The notes beneath the pieces are model-generated. The model was not told the DNA's origin, did no database searches, and saw only the letters and a list, made by a program, of their open reading frames with translations. Positions 20,215 through 30,005 of a stretch of 64,000 bases of DNA are shown piece after piece; the first letter of the stretch is position 1; every line of letters begins with the position of its first letter. This DNA is from Minisyncoccota bacterium. GTDB taxonomy: Bacteria > Patescibacteriota > Minisyncoccia > Phycocordibacterales > DSPV01. Where the stretch lies: the NCBI GenBank assembly GCA_041662545.1, contig JBAZSH010000004.1:1803-65802 (forward strand). Direction: 5' to 3'. Made by a program: the position numbers and the translations under genes.

Positions 20215-21470
20215 AAAATGTTTCAATCTTCCAACTAGTCTTAATCGCTGTCTTTGTAGTAGCGGCCATTGGTGGTCTGATTTTATTCGCCAGTTATAAA
20301 GGCTCTTCGTCTGGGTTAAATGTCCCCACGGCCGAAGTTTGGGGCGTGATTCCAACCACACAATTTTCCGCCATCAAAACGGCCTTTGAAAAAGACAAAA
20401 CTTTCAAAATAAATTACACGGAAAAATCATCGACGGCCTTTTACGGCGACTTGATAGAAGCGCTGGCGGCTGGCATTGGCCCCGACCTGATTATTATTCC
20501 TGAAAATCTTTTGTCTAAACTAAACTCCAAAATTTTTGAAATTCCTTTTGCTAGTATGTCCGAAAGAACTTTCCGCGACACCTTCTTGGATGAAGGTGGC
20601 TTATTCGTAACTCCCACCGGCATTACCGCTTTGCCGTTCAGTGTTGACCCACTGATTATGTATTGGAATCGCGACACTTTCGCTTCAGCCGGCCTCGCTA
20701 AACCACCGGCCGTTTGGGATGAATTCATTCAATTGGCGCAAGTTTTAACCAACAAAGATTCAAACGGTAATGTTTTCCGTAGCGCCGTCGCTTTGGGTGA
20801 ATTTGATAATATTAATAATGCCAAAGAAATTCTGTCGGCCTTATTGATCCAAATTGGAGCGCCACCTTTTGTCGCCATAAATGATAGTGCCAGCGCCAAT
20901 GCGGTTACCACTCTAAATTTTTACACTCAATTCTCTAATCCACTCGGCTTAACTTATTCTTGGAATAAAAGTTTGCCTAATTCACGCGATATGTTTTTGG
21001 CCGGTGATTTGGCGATTTATTTCGGTTTTGCTTCGGAATTGGCTAATTTAAGAACAAAAAACCCCAATCTTTATTTTGATGTTGCTGTCTTTCCCCAACC
21101 AAAAAGTGCCAAGAATTCGGTTACTTTCGGCAAACTTTACGGAGTAGCAGTTCTAAAATCTGCTCGTGATATTGCCAATTCCGTTCGTATTGCTGGACTT
21201 TTAACTTCGGCGACAGCAGGTGGAGCAATGTATCAAGCCGGCGGATTACCGCCGGTACGCCGTGATTTGCTTTCAGTAAAACCAACCGATGCCTACGGCG
21301 CGCTGTTCTACAATGCGGCGCTGATGTCGCGTGGCTGGCTTGACCCTGATTACTATTCCACCTCGTCAGCTTTCAAAGAAATGGTTGAGTCGGTCTCGTC
21401 CGGCAAAGCCCGCCCCAGCGAAGCGGTAACGAGAATGGAGCAGGAGATAGGAAAACTTATAACAAAATAA
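20211..21470 (+). CDS. Extracellular solute-binding protein, sugar-ABC type, membrane anchored
   Basis: N-terminal TM, GPDL, LPFSVDPLIMYWNRD, PAVWDEF. Confidence 0.8.
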   Translation: MKNVSIFQLVLIAVFVVAAIGGLILFASYKGSSSGLNVPTAEVWGVIPTTQFSAIKTAFEKDKTFKINYTEKSSTAFYGDLIEALAAGIGPDLIIIPENLLSKLNSKIFEIPFASMSERTFRDTFLDEGGLFVTPTGITALPFSVDPLIMYWNRDTFASAGLAKPPAVWDEFIQLAQVLTNKDSNGNVFRSAVALGEFDNINNAKEILSALLIQIGAPPFVAINDSASANAVTTLNFYTQFSNPLGLTYSWNKSLPNSRDMFLAGDLAIYFGFASELANLRTKNPNLYFDVAVFPQPKSAKNSVTFGKLYGVAVLKSARDIANSVRIAGLLTSATAGGAMYQAGGLPPVRRDLLSVKPTDAYGALFYNAALMSRGWLDPDYYSTSSAFKEMVESVSSGKARPSEAVTRMEQEIGKLITK

Positions 21471-24092
21471 ATGCGTTTTTCACTTTCCATAATTATTTTC
21501 ACTTTATTATTTATTGCCATCGCGGCGCCGTTTTCGGCCCAAGCGGTTTGGACACCAGGCGATGCAATTGTGCCCTGTGATGGGAGTGTCACACATCCTT
21601 GTGATTTCAATGCATTAATAGTTCTCACCAACAACATTATTGACTTTCTTATTTATCTTTCAGTACTGATTGCCGTGGCAATGTTCGCTTATGCCGGTTT
21701 TCTTTACCTCACTTCTGTTGGCGACACCGGCAAAATGAAAGAAGCTCACACCATTTTTACCAATGCCGCTTACGGCTTCATCTTCGTCCTCGCCGCTTGG
21801 CTAATTGTGACTTTGATTTTGAGTGCTTTGGCCTCAAGGGCGTTTTGCGAATCAGCGGCGGCTAAAATTATTATGAGTCAGGAACAGATAGATAAATGTC
21901 GGCAGGGGAGTTCACCCGATGATACTATCCCTGTTGTTCCTCCGATAGTTCCTCCAATGGTGCCACCAGTCGTACCACCCATTGTTCCACCGGGCGCATC
22001 TGTCGCCCCCATCATTTCTTCTGTTTCTGCACCCGCATCATCAATTACTACTTCTAATGCAATTATTTCTTGGACAACCAACGAAGCGTCAAATTCAATT
22101 GTTGATTATGGTTTGACCACTTCATATGGCTCACAAACTTTATTGCCTAGTGATTCAGTAACTTCTCATTATGTTTCTCTCGTTGGATTATCACCGAACA
22201 CCACTTATCATTACCGCGTTAGTTCAAGAGGCGCGACCAGTAACAATCCGATAAATTCCCCCGATTACACTTTTACCACACAACCAGCCGCCATTGTAAT
22301 TGATGAGCCACCACCATCTCGTCCACCGCCCCCACCCCCAAACACCCCTCCTATTTTCGCCTCTATAGAGGCGAAAACTGTTAATGAAAATGCCCCCTTA
22401 CTCTTTACTCTTGTAGCTACTGATGTCAATGAAGACACACTGACATATTCAGCATCTGGTATTCCAACTGGCGCTTCGTTTAATACTTCAAATAAAACTT
22501 TTTCTTGGACACCAAGCTATTCACAATCGGGAAATTACACAGTTACATTTTCGGTCAGTGATGGAAAAGATGGCACGGATTCTAAAGCGGTAGATATTGC
22601 GGTTACAAACACACTCGCACCCTGCGAGGGTATCAATCCCGACTTCGCGACTCACGCCGGTGAGCAGATTGATAGTAGAATCAGACTAGCTTCTCCGTCA
22701 ACCGGGCTTGATCTTTTTTCAGATTTTTATTCAGCCGTTGGAATGACAGGCCGTAATTTTGTTGCCTTGGCTAATAAACCTGAATCGCTGACATGGAATA
22801 ACAATTCCTGGACAAAGAAGGGGACAACGCTTGATTTTACCGGAGTAGCCGCCTGGAATGACTGGGGTGGCTCATCTAATCCCACTTATCAAGGCGCGGC
22901 CACTCTTATTACTCCCAAACATTTCGTAACCGCTACCCACATTAAATTACCAGTTGGAGCAAAAGTAACATTTATTAAGCCCAATGGCGAAACTGTTACC
23001 AGAACAGTCACTAATTTAGTAGATATACCCAACAGCGATGTGACCGTGGAAATGCTTGACAGTGCCGTTGATTCTTCCATAAGACCTTTTCAAGTTATGG
23101 ACATTGCAACATTTTGGGGGCTCTTTGATGGTATTCCAGGATCATCGGGAGTGCCAATCGCCCTGTTCCATCAACTGCGTAAAACTTCTGTACACGCCTT
23201 GGGTGTAAACTATGAAAACCCGTATGGGTTTATTCCACATAATCCGAGTTCTTCTGGGACAAGGGCAAGTTTTTATTATTCTATAGAAAATGGCGATTCT
23301 GGCCAACCGGGATTTTTAATCGTTGAAGATGAGCCAGTACTTCTTTTTGTAAATTTTGATAGGGTGAAGGGGTCAAATATTGGCTCTCGCATCACACAAA
23401 TCAATCAGGCCATAAATTCTTTGGGAAGCGGTGGTTATAGCGCCGAATTATATGCTCCGTCTTCTTGTTTTACAAAACATCCAATTACTCCCGCTATCAC
23501 TTCTATTTATACAAATATTGGTTCCATCAGTTGTCTTCAAAATGCGCCGACCTGTTCTATGGAAATATTGGGCGTCGGTTTTACGCCTCAAAATAACACG
23601 GTAAGAGTCGGAACATTAAATATCGGTAATTTCTCTTCATATAATAGTGGAACCGCGATTAAGGATATTGATATTCCAACTGATATCGTTGCCGGCGCTT
23701 ACGATGTCGTGGTTTCCAATAGTAAAGGTACATCAAATGCCAAACCATTCATAATGCTGTCTTACTCCTCAATGCCGTTTGTCGCATCGGTCTCTCCTTC
23801 TTCCGGCCCAATGGGTTCAACCATCACTCTAATAGGCGCAAACTTTTCAGAGAAACACACAAACAATATCCGATTCTCGCCTACTACCGGTTTTGAGCCC
23901 GAAATTTCTATTCAATCTAAAAATGTAACTCAAAACGGGACACGGATTACCATTACTCTTCCAAACGATCCAAACGGCGATTACCCAGTCGGTAGAATCT
24001 TTAAGATCTGGGTTGATAACAATGAATTCGGCTACAGCGACGAAAATCCGGACTACGAAAGCAATCCGGCGACATTTACGGTGGCACAATAA
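21471..24092 (+). CDS. TrbC/VirB2-like pilin fused to FN3, Ig/cadherin-like, trypsin-like serine protease and IPT/TIG domains
   Basis: N-terminal IVPC..CDF...YAGFLYLTS.GD pilin; WTTNEAS..YG FN3; PTGASF..FSWTPS Ig; FVTATH, SDVTV, GDSGQP triad; SVSPSSGPMGSTITLIG. Confidence 0.75.
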   Translation: MRFSLSIIIFTLLFIAIAAPFSAQAVWTPGDAIVPCDGSVTHPCDFNALIVLTNNIIDFLIYLSVLIAVAMFAYAGFLYLTSVGDTGKMKEAHTIFTNAAYGFIFVLAAWLIVTLILSALASRAFCESAAAKIIMSQEQIDKCRQGSSPDDTIPVVPPIVPPMVPPVVPPIVPPGASVAPIISSVSAPASSITTSNAIISWTTNEASNSIVDYGLTTSYGSQTLLPSDSVTSHYVSLVGLSPNTTYHYRVSSRGATSNNPINSPDYTFTTQPAAIVIDEPPPSRPPPPPPNTPPIFASIEAKTVNENAPLLFTLVATDVNEDTLTYSASGIPTGASFNTSNKTFSWTPSYSQSGNYTVTFSVSDGKDGTDSKAVDIAVTNTLAPCEGINPDFATHAGEQIDSRIRLASPSTGLDLFSDFYSAVGMTGRNFVALANKPESLTWNNNSWTKKGTTLDFTGVAAWNDWGGSSNPTYQGAATLITPKHFVTATHIKLPVGAKVTFIKPNGETVTRTVTNLVDIPNSDVTVEMLDSAVDSSIRPFQVMDIATFWGLFDGIPGSSGVPIALFHQLRKTSVHALGVNYENPYGFIPHNPSSSGTRASFYYSIENGDSGQPGFLIVEDEPVLLFVNFDRVKGSNIGSRITQINQAINSLGSGGYSAELYAPSSCFTKHPITPAITSIYTNIGSISCLQNAPTCSMEILGVGFTPQNNTVRVGTLNIGNFSSYNSGTAIKDIDIPTDIVAGAYDVVVSNSKGTSNAKPFIMLSYSSMPFVASVSPSSGPMGSTITLIGANFSEKHTNNIRFSPTTGFEPEISIQSKNVTQNGTRITITLPNDPNGDYPVGRIFKIWVDNNEFGYSDENPDYESNPATFTVAQ

Positions 24093-24158
24093 ATATTCTT
24101 ACACTTATTATTCACTATAGGAAATTATAAGTGTATAGGGAAATCTATAATCTAGAAA

Positions 24159-24177
24159 TACCAGGTCTGACCTGGTA
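24159..24177. repeat. Single intergenic REP-like palindrome
   Basis: taccaggtcTgacctggta, perfect 9-bp arms. Confidence 0.75.
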
Positions 24178-24204
24178 AATCAAAAAATAAATAAAAATTG
24201 GCAA

Positions 24205-24234
24205 GAAAAAACCCCCGGTGTTGCCATCGGGGGT
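24205..24234 (-). terminator. Intrinsic terminator of the SPFH operon
   Basis: acccccggtg-ttgc-catcgggggt stem with T-tract on the minus strand. Confidence 0.7.
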
Positions 24235-24263
24235 GTGTTTGCGACTTTATGTCGCGAAGAACT

Positions 24264-25022
24264 TTAGTCAACAGCACGAAGCCAGATTGACACCTCCTCG
24301 CCATTTGGATACCGCTCGAACCCTTGAAAAAAGGTTGGATTGGTATCAGTTGACGGCACAGGACTCAGCCACCAATTTCCTTTCTGGAACGGTAGAGACA
24401 ATTGTTCGAAAGTTCCGTCACTGTAGTAATAAACCGTCACTTGGCTCTGTGGCAAATAAACCTCAAAGTCAATGCGCGCTTTATCATGAAATGAACCACC
24501 ATAGTAGGTAATTTTTGCCCCAAATAGATTGTTCCTTTGTGTTGGGTCCAATCCTTTCACCTTATCGGACTTCAAACAACCGTATCTCCACTTCTTATCT
24601 GTCACTGATTTGGTAATAGAGACCCCAGTTGCTTTCGGCAAAATCATTTCCTTACCTGCCGACACCATTGAAACCAAAAGGCAGGTGAGTGTTAGAAGTA
24701 ATGCTACTACCCCGACTATTTGTGGTTTGGCATATTTCAACAGGATTACACTAACAACGAATCCAAGTTGAATGAACCAGAACCCGTTCGTCTTTAGCCA
24801 GTGTCCGAAAAATTCCGGAAAGCACTGCCAGATGAGAATCAAGCAAAACACTTGTCCTCCGATGGCGAGTAGCCATCCGAGGTTTCCAGTAGTATTTTTA
24901 AACCACTGTCCGGCAGTGCCATTATTGAGTCCCGGTACTTTGATTTTTGTCATCACGCCACCCATGGTTTTAAAAGCGACGATGACAATGGCCACAGCCA
25001 GTCCAATTAGTAGGATTTTCAT
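24264..25022 (-). CDS. Hypothetical membrane protein, SPFH operon partner
   Basis: About four hydrophobic segments plus a soluble C-terminal domain; abuts the SPFH gene. Confidence 0.7.
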   Translation of the reverse strand: MKILLIGLAVAIVIVAFKTMGGVMTKIKVPGLNNGTAGQWFKNTTGNLGWLLAIGGQVFCLILIWQCFPEFFGHWLKTNGFWFIQLGFVVSVILLKYAKPQIVGVVALLLTLTCLLVSMVSAGKEMILPKATGVSITKSVTDKKWRYGCLKSDKVKGLDPTQRNNLFGAKITYYGGSFHDKARIDFEVYLPQSQVTVYYYSDGTFEQLSLPFQKGNWWLSPVPSTDTNPTFFQGFERYPNGEEVSIWLRAVD

Positions 25023-26210
25023 TTAGTTTCCTTTCGGTGTGTTGGGTGTGGAAATTCCAACTTTTTTGGCCATTTCCATGATACCGCCAATAGAACTGTA
25101 GAGCTCACTGCCCGGTATGATGCTGTAATTGGCACTTTGCAGGGCCGTTTGTATCACTTTGAGATGAAGCGCCAGTTGACCGGCTTTTGTGCCAGTTACT
25201 TTGCGCAAAGCGTCAATACCTGCCGCTTCTGCTTTCAACAGTGCCTCTCTTGCAGCAGCGTCGCCTAAACCCTTGTCTGTTAGGTATGATTTCTCGCCAG
25301 CTCCTTCAAGTTCTCGAGCTTGTCGTGCCCCTTCCGCTGTTGTGATGGTCTGTTGTTTTTCAAGTTTTTTGGCAATAACATTTCTCAACTGTTCATTGAC
25401 TGTTTTGCCAAAATCAACATCCACCAATTGGACATTGATGACATTGACACCCCAGCTTTCTTCTGGTTCAGAATTAGGTTTTTCTCCCACCAGAATTTCA
25501 ACAGAATCCTTAAGCGAATTGTTGATTTTGCCTCGGTCGCGGATGATTAATGGGGGAGTTCTCTTTGCAAACTCAATTCCCGTTACCGTTTCGGTTGTGT
25601 CGCGCATTTGTTTAATGGCGGAATCCAATGTTCCGATATTCGTTAGAAAACGCAGATATGAACCTTTCCTTATCTGGAATCTGACGATAATACTAACTTC
25701 CGGTGTCATCCGGTTGTTTATTGGTTCATCTTTGAATGCCGTCATGTCAGCTTTGAATTCATTGTCAACTGCCTCTGGTGAAGCGGTCGGGACTCGAATT
25801 GGTTGAACCATTCCCGATCTAGTGTTTTGGTCAGTGCTTGATTTATCTACTTCTTCCGGTTCACCTGGAAATTGCCTCTGTATGACTAAGCGTGTTTCTT
25901 TTTTGAGTTCACAGATAGCAAATGGCACGAGAACCAACCCTGACTCGACTTCACATCTTGGGTCACCGAACAAGAGTATCCCGCCCAATTCTGTTGGTCC
26001 GACAATCTTGATGCTGAGTGCAGCGTATAATAACTGCACCGCGATGATTATGTAGCCTGCATTCAATTCATTACGAGGGTCGATAACAATGGCGATTCCG
26101 GCCGCGATGATCGTTGCGAGGTTAGCAATGAGAAATGTCCAGAACATTTTATTTTTCCATTCTTTTTGGGTTTTCTCATTGAACTTGCCAGCGTTTGTTA
26201 CTCCATTCAT
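25023..26210 (-). CDS. SPFH/Band-7 family membrane protein
   Basis: Two N-terminal TMs, WGVNVINVQLVDVD, TAEGARQARELEGAGE coiled coil. Confidence 0.85.
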   Translation of the reverse strand: MNGVTNAGKFNEKTQKEWKNKMFWTFLIANLATIIAAGIAIVIDPRNELNAGYIIIAVQLLYAALSIKIVGPTELGGILLFGDPRCEVESGLVLVPFAICELKKETRLVIQRQFPGEPEEVDKSSTDQNTRSGMVQPIRVPTASPEAVDNEFKADMTAFKDEPINNRMTPEVSIIVRFQIRKGSYLRFLTNIGTLDSAIKQMRDTTETVTGIEFAKRTPPLIIRDRGKINNSLKDSVEILVGEKPNSEPEESWGVNVINVQLVDVDFGKTVNEQLRNVIAKKLEKQQTITTAEGARQARELEGAGEKSYLTDKGLGDAAAREALLKAEAAGIDALRKVTGTKAGQLALHLKVIQTALQSANYSIIPGSELYSSIGGIMEMAKKVGISTPNTPKGN

Positions 26211-26354
26211 AGTTTTCCTTTTGTTCCTGTTGTTTCAGTTGTTATTTAATTGTCAACGCCATGAAAATGGCTGACAAAATCTGCCCAAGATATTAGCATA
26301 ATATTTATTAGCTGTCAAATTTGCGGTAAAAACTGGCGGTGGTAAAATATTGGT

Positions 26355-26756
26355 ATGAAGTTTTTGAAAATAAAAGGGACAACAATTTTACTTTTCTTAT
26401 TTGCTATTGTATTAATGCCAGTTTTTTCTTTTGCGGTTGATGATGTAACTATCTCCGCCACAATCGACAACCCCCTGTCAGCAGGTTCGCTATTCTGTTT
26501 TCTGAAAGATATTTTGGATGTGTTTTTGACGGTTGGAATAATTATCGCTGTTTTGTTTATGGTCTATGCCGGCTTTTTGTTCGTGACGGCGCGAGGGGCC
26601 GAAGCTCAACTCACCACTGCCAAAAAAGCATTTCTCGGTGCCGTCATCGGCACCGCTATTATTATGGGAGTGTGGGTGATTGCCCAAGCGATTGTCGGCA
26701 CTATCAATGCTATTCGCGATCCAGGTGCGGCCATCAGCATATCAACTTGTCCGTAA
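26355..26756 (+). CDS. TrbC/VirB2-like pilin
   Basis: Signal peptide, IDNPL, VYAGFLFVTARG...AKKAF..AVIG. Confidence 0.85.
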   Translation: MKFLKIKGTTILLFLFAIVLMPVFSFAVDDVTISATIDNPLSAGSLFCFLKDILDVFLTVGIIIAVLFMVYAGFLFVTARGAEAQLTTAKKAFLGAVIGTAIIMGVWVIAQAIVGTINAIRDPGAAISISTCP

Positions 26757-26781
26757 TATAGAAAAGAATTAAAATATAATT

Positions 26782-26964
26782 ATGAAAAAAATCAGAAAAG
26801 AAAAAAAGACCGCCAGAGACCATTTTGTAATTTTGATTAGAGAAATTCGTCTACTGCGAGAAATATTGAGGAATAACACCAAAATGATTCGTTCAGTAAT
26901 AATCCCTTTGCTTGCCAAACGCAACAAAGAAATTGATTTTCTAAAAACCCAAGTCGGTGTTTAA
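26782..26964 (+). CDS. Small hypothetical protein
   Basis: 60-aa ORF filling the gap between pilin genes. Confidence 0.5.
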   Translation: MKKIRKEKKTARDHFVILIREIRLLREILRNNTKMIRSVIIPLLAKRNKEIDFLKTQVGV

Positions 26965-26973
26965 TTAAAAATA

Positions 26974-27345
26974 ATGAACCTCACCAAAAACCAAAAACTC
27001 CAAAAACTTTTCTCCATCGTCGCCCTCGCCGTCGTTCTGCTTTTGCCAATAATGTCTTATGCCGCCACTACTGATTTTAAGACATTGGTAAGTGGAATTA
27101 CTACTGGAATTCTTGCGCCACTTGTCCCTCTTATAATCGGTTTAGCAGTAATAGTATTCCTTTGGGGGGTATTAAAATTTATTACCGCCGCGGGAGACGA
27201 AAAGAAGAGAAAAGAAGGGAAAGATTTTATAATCTGGGGGTTGGTAGGTATAACGATAATGTTTTCAATTTGGGGTCTAGTAAAAATATTGACTGGTACG
27301 CTTAACTTGGACAATACCATACCAACGATTCCTCAGTTATCTTAA
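26974..27345 (+). CDS. TrbC/VirB2-like pilin
   Basis: GLAVIVFLWGVLKFITAAGDEKKRKEGKDFIIWGLVG. Confidence 0.85.
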   Translation: MNLTKNQKLQKLFSIVALAVVLLLPIMSYAATTDFKTLVSGITTGILAPLVPLIIGLAVIVFLWGVLKFITAAGDEKKRKEGKDFIIWGLVGITIMFSIWGLVKILTGTLNLDNTIPTIPQLS

Positions 27346-27454
27346 GTTTTCCACAGGTAGCTTGTTGTATGGTGTTTTATCTGGTAACCTTAAATGGTGT
27401 TAAAAACCAAAGGTCGTTGAAGGTTTTTTATTAATTTTACTAAAATTATAATAA

Positions 27455-27808
27455 ATGAAATCAAAACTTATTAAAATTACTTCGCTCGCAGCTTTGGCCT
27501 TACCACTTGTCGCATCGGCAGCGATTAGTACAGTTTGGTTTACTGACGCAATAACTAGTATTCAAAATGTTCTGGATGCATTGGTACCTTTACTAATTGG
27601 TTTGGCGGTAATTGTATTTCTTTGGGGTGTGGTCAAATTCGTTACTGCCGCCGGAGACGAAGAAAAACGGAAAGAGGGCCGTGGCTTTATAATTTGGGGA
27701 TTAGTTGGTATTGCTATAATGATTGCCCTTTGGAGTCTTGTGGGTTTATTAACCGGTTGGACAGGTACTGGAGTCGTTGCACCCCCCACACCTCCTTTAC
27801 TTCCTTAG
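27455..27808 (+). CDS. TrbC/VirB2-like pilin, paralogue of 26974
   Basis: GLAVIVFLWGVVKFVTAAGDEEKRKEGRGFIIWGLVG. Confidence 0.85.
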   Translation: MKSKLIKITSLAALALPLVASAAISTVWFTDAITSIQNVLDALVPLLIGLAVIVFLWGVVKFVTAAGDEEKRKEGRGFIIWGLVGIAIMIALWSLVGLLTGWTGTGVVAPPTPPLLP

Positions 27809-27840
27809 TTTTTTCCCAAACCGACTCTGAAATTCAACTT

Positions 27841-27873
27841 CCGCCCCGACTTTCGTCGGGGCGGTTTGGTTTT
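27841..27873 (+). terminator. Intrinsic terminator after pilin
   Basis: ccgccccgac-tttc-gtcggggcgg then tttggtttt. Confidence 0.75.
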
Positions 27874-27980
27874 GTCAACGGCGAGGTTGACAGCTCAATT
27901 GATGGCGCTATGATTATTCGAGATGACTGAACCGTGAAGATGTTCTTTGCGGAAGCACCTAAAACCAAACAGGAACCAAA

Positions 27981-28182
27981 TATGTCAGCAAAACAACTGC
28001 CCATACCCAACGGGGGTTTACCCACCGCAACAATGATTCTTGGGCGAGACCCGAGGGGACCAGTTCCAACTTGCCGAGTAGTCAGGCGATCCGACGCGAT
28101 GTCAACTTGGGAAGAGTGGCGACAAGTTCCCATTTTGGAACAAAGCAACTCAAGGCCTCGGAGAACAAAGCCAATCGGCTGA
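27981..28182 (+). CDS. Small hypothetical protein with its own promoter and terminator (start approximate)
   Basis: TTGACA 27887, TATGAT 27909, AGGA RBS before MSAKQLP, hairpin agtcccgcc/ggcgggact plus T-tract at ~28194-28219. Confidence 0.45.
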
Positions 28183-28367
28183 CAGTTTTCGCAAGTCCCG
28201 CCCTGGCGGGACTTTTTTTATTCCCCCAATGCGATATAATTACGGAAACAGCGGAAAGAACAAATTTTAAAAATTCTAGGTGGGGGCGTGCCAAATTGTG
28301 ATGTCTGCGAACAATTTGGGGTTAAGGAATTTTTAAAATTTAGTTCTTGGAGCTGTTACCCAAATCA

Positions 28368-30005
28368 ATGGAAGACGATAATAAAATAACCTATTTCGCC
28401 GAAACTGACGCTCGAGGCAAACGAACGCCTTTTGGCATAAAAAATAAAGACCGCTCCCGCCACACTTATGTCATCGGAAAAACCGGCATGGGCAAATCCA
28501 CATTGCTGGAAAATATGGCAATTCAAGATATTAGAAACGGTGAAGGTTTAGCTTTCATTGACCCGCACGGCAAAAGCGCCGAAATGCTTTTGGATTATGT
28601 GCCAGCAGAAAGAACCAAAGATGTTCTCTATATCGCACCCTTTGATTTGGATTTCCCAATTTCTTTCAATGTAATGGAAGATGTCGGCGTAGACAGCAGA
28701 CATTTGGTGGTCTCTGGTTTAATGAGCGCTTTCAAAAAAATCTGGGTGGACGCCTGGAGCGCGCGGATGGAATACATTTTAACCAATACCTTGCTGGCCC
28801 TTTTAGAATATCCCGACGCCACTTTATTATCAGTCAATCGAGTTTTGGCTGATAAAGAATATCGCAAAAAAGTAGTGGAAAATATTACCGATCCGTCGGT
28901 AAAAGCTTTTTGGACCGAAGAATTCGCTAAATACACTGACCGCTTTGCCCAAGAAGCCACTCCGGCCATTCAAAACAAAGTCGGTCAGTTCACTTCTAAT
29001 CCACTCATCAGAAATATTATCGGCCAGCCGAAATCGTCTTTTGATTTGCGGAAAATAATGGACGAGCGAAAAATTTTAATCGTCAATCTTTCAAAAGGCC
29101 GGGTGGGCGAAGTCAATGCCGATTTACTGGGTAGTATGCTAATTACAAAAATTTATCTGGCGGCAATGTCACGCGCTGATTTGTCAGGCAGTAATTTGCG
29201 AAAATTGCCGCACTTCAATTTATATGTTGACGAATTCCAATCATTTGCCAATGAAAGTTTTGCTAACATTTTATCGGAAGCCAGAAAATACAAACTCAAT
29301 CTATTTTTGGCCCATCAATATATTGAACAAATGTCGGAAGAGGTGAGGGCGGCGGTCTTCGGCAATGTCGGAACAATGGTTTGCTTCCGGGTAGGCGCCT
29401 ACGACGCTGAAGTATTGGAAAAAGAATTCGCACCAGCTTTTACCGCTGAAGATTTGGTCAGTTTAGGTTTTACTCAAATTTATTTGAAATTAATGATTAA
29501 TGGCGTCAGCTCGCCACCGTTTTCCGCAACCACTCTAGCGCCACTGGAACAACCGTTAATTTCCTACAAAAACGACATTGTTACTAACTCGCGCAAAACT
29601 TACGCCAAATCACGGGTAGAAGTGGAAAACGCTATTCGCCTTTGGAGTCAGCCAATCACTCCACTCATTAAACCGAAAATTGCGCCAGTAGTAACACCAG
29701 CATCGCCATCCCGCCTCGTCCCGCCCGACCGGCGGGCAGGCGGCGGGCAAACACCAAAATCACCTCCAAAACCGGCACCGGTTATCCAAAAACCCGCTTT
29801 CCATAAACCTTTTCACTTAAATGAATTGCAGAAAACCCCACCAGTTATCAATACCGACAAAACTCAAAATCCAAAAAATGTTTCTGACCTACGCAAAGCG
29901 CTAAAAGTAGTTTTGGAAAAGAAAGAAGAAAAAGTCGAGAAAAAAGTAGATGAAGTGCCAGAGGAAGTTTTGAAAAAAACCTTGGGCTTGGATGAGAAAA
30001 AGTAA
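28368..30005 (+). CDS. VirB4/TraD-like (HerA-FtsK) type IV secretion-type ATPase
   Basis: DRSRHTYVIGKTGMGKS, FIDPHG, LYVDEFQ, LSEARKY, AHQY, FGNVGT. Confidence 0.88.
   Translation: MEDDNKITYFAETDARGKRTPFGIKNKDRSRHTYVIGKTGMGKSTLLENMAIQDIRNGEGLAFIDPHGKSAEMLLDYVPAERTKDVLYIAPFDLDFPISFNVMEDVGVDSRHLVVSGLMSAFKKIWVDAWSARMEYILTNTLLALLEYPDATLLSVNRVLADKEYRKKVVENITDPSVKAFWTEEFAKYTDRFAQEATPAIQNKVGQFTSNPLIRNIIGQPKSSFDLRKIMDERKILIVNLSKGRVGEVNADLLGSMLITKIYLAAMSRADLSGSNLRKLPHFNLYVDEFQSFANESFANILSEARKYKLNLFLAHQYIEQMSEEVRAAVFGNVGTMVCFRVGAYDAEVLEKEFAPAFTAEDLVSLGFTQIYLKLMINGVSSPPFSATTLAPLEQPLISYKNDIVTNSRKTYAKSRVEVENAIRLWSQPITPLIKPKIAPVVTPASPSRLVPPDRRAGGGQTPKSPPKPAPVIQKPAFHKPFHLNELQKTPPVINTDKTQNPKNVSDLRKALKVVLEKKEEKVEKKVDEVPEEVLKKTLGLDEKK

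Noticed and set aside
25189-25806. Long antisense ORFs (also 31956-32663, 16641-17147, 39862-40341)
   Set aside because: Shadows of well-supported genes on the opposite strand, with no recognisable motifs.
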